Both the position numbers and the translations under genes were made by a program. DNA of 60,109 nucleotides, counting the filler. It is 6 parts of 6 records of this genome, joined end to end, with 100 filler letters (N's around TTAATTAATTAA, not from the genome) between each part and the next. Parts side by side here need not be neighbours in the genome. Positions count along the whole stretch, not along the records: positions 54,147 to 60,109 come from DRR723986_1324; 5 more parts are not named here. One strand, given 5' to 3'. The number at the start of each line of letters is the position of its first letter. Position 1 is the stretch's first letter. The notes beneath the pieces were generated by a model. That model searched no databases, was not told the DNA's origin, and worked only from the letters and a program-made list of their open reading frames with translations. Of this stretch, positions 58,623 to 60,109 are shown one piece after another.

Positions 58623-60008
58623 ATGAAAGCCCGCAAGATCGTTATCTGCTTTGACGGAACCGGCAATGAGGTCGGCGATTTTCAAACGAATATCATCAAG
58701 CTTTACAACGCCTTGCGCGACGATGACGATCAGATCACCTATTACGTTCCCGGCGTCGGCACCTTTGATGAGCCGCGTCTCTTCGACTGGAAATGGCGGC
58801 AGAAGGCGCGATCGGTTGCCGGTCTGGCCTTCGGTCTGGGGTTGGAGGATGACGTGCTCGACGCCTATCGCTTCCTCTGCCAGTCCTATAAAAGCACCGC
58901 GCAGAAGAACAAGGAATGGAGCTATGAGCAGGGCCTGAAAAAGCAGCTCGGGGTGCCCGCCAAGGCCCCCCGCCCCGAGGCTCAGAAGGATCAAATCTAC
59001 ATCTTCGGCTTTTCCCGCGGGGCCTATGCGGCGCGTATTCTGGCGGGGTTCATCCATAATTTCGGGCTGATCGAGCCGGACAAGCTGCATCTGGTGACCG
59101 GGGCCTTCCGCGCCTATCGGGCTGTTCCCGACCACGACCGCGACCAACCCCATTCGGTCACCTTCCGCCAGTTGCGCCGCTACGACGACACGCTGAAACC
59201 CGATCAGAGCGTGCCCATCCGGGCCCTGTGCCTCTTCGACACTGTCAGCTCCATGGTCGGGTTCGAGCGCCCCATTCGGTCACTGGTGAAAAACTACAGC
59301 CCCATGGAACTCCGCATCCATGCCAATGTGCTGTCGAACCCCTCTGTACGGATCGTGCTGCACGCGTTGGCACTCGATGAACGGCGCTCGATGTTCCGCC
59401 CGCTGCTGTGGGACCAGCGAGAGCCCTATTTCGGCAACCGCTTTCGCCATGAGAACCAGATGCGGCAGCAATATGTGCGCCAGAGGTGGTTTCCCGGCTA
59501 TCATTCCGACATTGGCGGCAGCCCGAGAGAGAGGGAATCCGGCATCGGCAAGCTGACCCTTCTGTGGATGCTGGACGAACTGGAAAGGCAGGAAATCGCG
59601 GCGGATCGGGAAGATCGCGCCAAGTCCCCGCCCACCCCCGGTCACAGCCTGCCTCTGCCGCCGCCGGGGCTGAAGCTGAACCCAAAGCGCCGCAAGGTGC
59701 ATTTCGAAGGCGCAAACCCCAAGGCGAGCGCGCTTGATGGCACGCCCTATGCCCGCCCCGACGCGATGGCCGAGATCCATGACAGCATGTCCGCCTGGTG
59801 GTATCCGCTTGAAATCCTACCCAAGTCCATCAAGCGCCGCCGCTGGCCGGGCCGTCTGCCGGTGCTGTGGAAATGGTATCTGCCGCTGGAAGAACCCCGC
59901 TTCATTCCGGGCGATCACCAGATCGACGCCAGCGTCACCGACCGCATGGCGCGCTGGCCGTTCTACCGGCCCCAAAATCTGCGCAGCAAATGGCCCGACG
60001 GGCCTTGA
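58623..60008 (+). CDS. DUF2235 (Tle1-like) alpha/beta hydrolase
   Basis: IVICFDGTGN, YVPGVGT, FGFSRGAY, FDTV, HALALDERR, WFPGYHSDIGG. Confidence 0.9.
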   Translation: MKARKIVICFDGTGNEVGDFQTNIIKLYNALRDDDDQITYYVPGVGTFDEPRLFDWKWRQKARSVAGLAFGLGLEDDVLDAYRFLCQSYKSTAQKNKEWSYEQGLKKQLGVPAKAPRPEAQKDQIYIFGFSRGAYAARILAGFIHNFGLIEPDKLHLVTGAFRAYRAVPDHDRDQPHSVTFRQLRRYDDTLKPDQSVPIRALCLFDTVSSMVGFERPIRSLVKNYSPMELRIHANVLSNPSVRIVLHALALDERRSMFRPLLWDQREPYFGNRFRHENQMRQQYVRQRWFPGYHSDIGGSPRERESGIGKLTLLWMLDELERQEIAADREDRAKSPPTPGHSLPLPPPGLKLNPKRRKVHFEGANPKASALDGTPYARPDAMAEIHDSMSAWWYPLEILPKSIKRRRWPGRLPVLWKWYLPLEEPRFIPGDHQIDASVTDRMARWPFYRPQNLRSKWPDGP

Positions 60009-60046
60009 CTGTCCCCGGGCCCCGGATTACCCCCGGCACCCAGAGC

Positions 60047-60109
60047 GCGGGTATGGTGAAATGGTATCATGCGAGCTTCCCAAGCTTAAGGTGCGGGTTC
60101 GATTCCCGC
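60047..60109 (+). tRNA. tRNA-Gly(CCC), 3' end cut by window edge
   Basis: GCGGGTA acceptor 5' strand, D-loop TGG, anticodon loop TTCCCAA, T arm GCGGG-TTCGATT-CCCGC. Confidence 0.92.

Overview
The window is not one locus. It is six alphaproteobacterial fragments joined by artificial 100-nt spacers (N44-TTAATTAATTAA-N44), so gene context does not carry across the joins. (1) 1-21872: Rhodobacteraceae-type photosynthesis gene cluster: idi, tspO, crtB/I/A, bchIDO, crtC/D/E/F, bchCXYZ, pufQBALMX and dxs, with paired PpsR/CrtJ operators. (2) 21973-28805: fabF-mltG followed by the head module of an RcGTA-like gene transfer agent. (3) 28906-37567: pepF, a TacA-like sigma54 activator, DUF882, gapR, DUF1244, N-formylglutamate amidohydrolase, DUF1036 and pyk. 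(4) 37668-45394: lon, a flavin oxidoreductase, parE, a StyC-like membrane protein, a low-GC three-gene islet and nadE. (5) 45495-54046: housekeeping and transport genes. (6) 54147-60109: split cobalamin methyltransferase/RACo genes, a CtrA-boxed small gene followed by AT-rich palindromes, an AhpD-like protein, a DUF2235 hydrolase and a truncated tRNA-Gly. The best candidate for an undescribed system is the low-GC operon at 42721-44112. It encodes a RelE/HigB-like toxin, an XRE-HTH antitoxin with a long disordered tail, and a beta-rich (DUF6941-like, apparently non-SecB) third protein, an architecture resembling toxin-antitoxin-chaperone anti-phage systems. All family calls are by eye from motifs; no searches were run.
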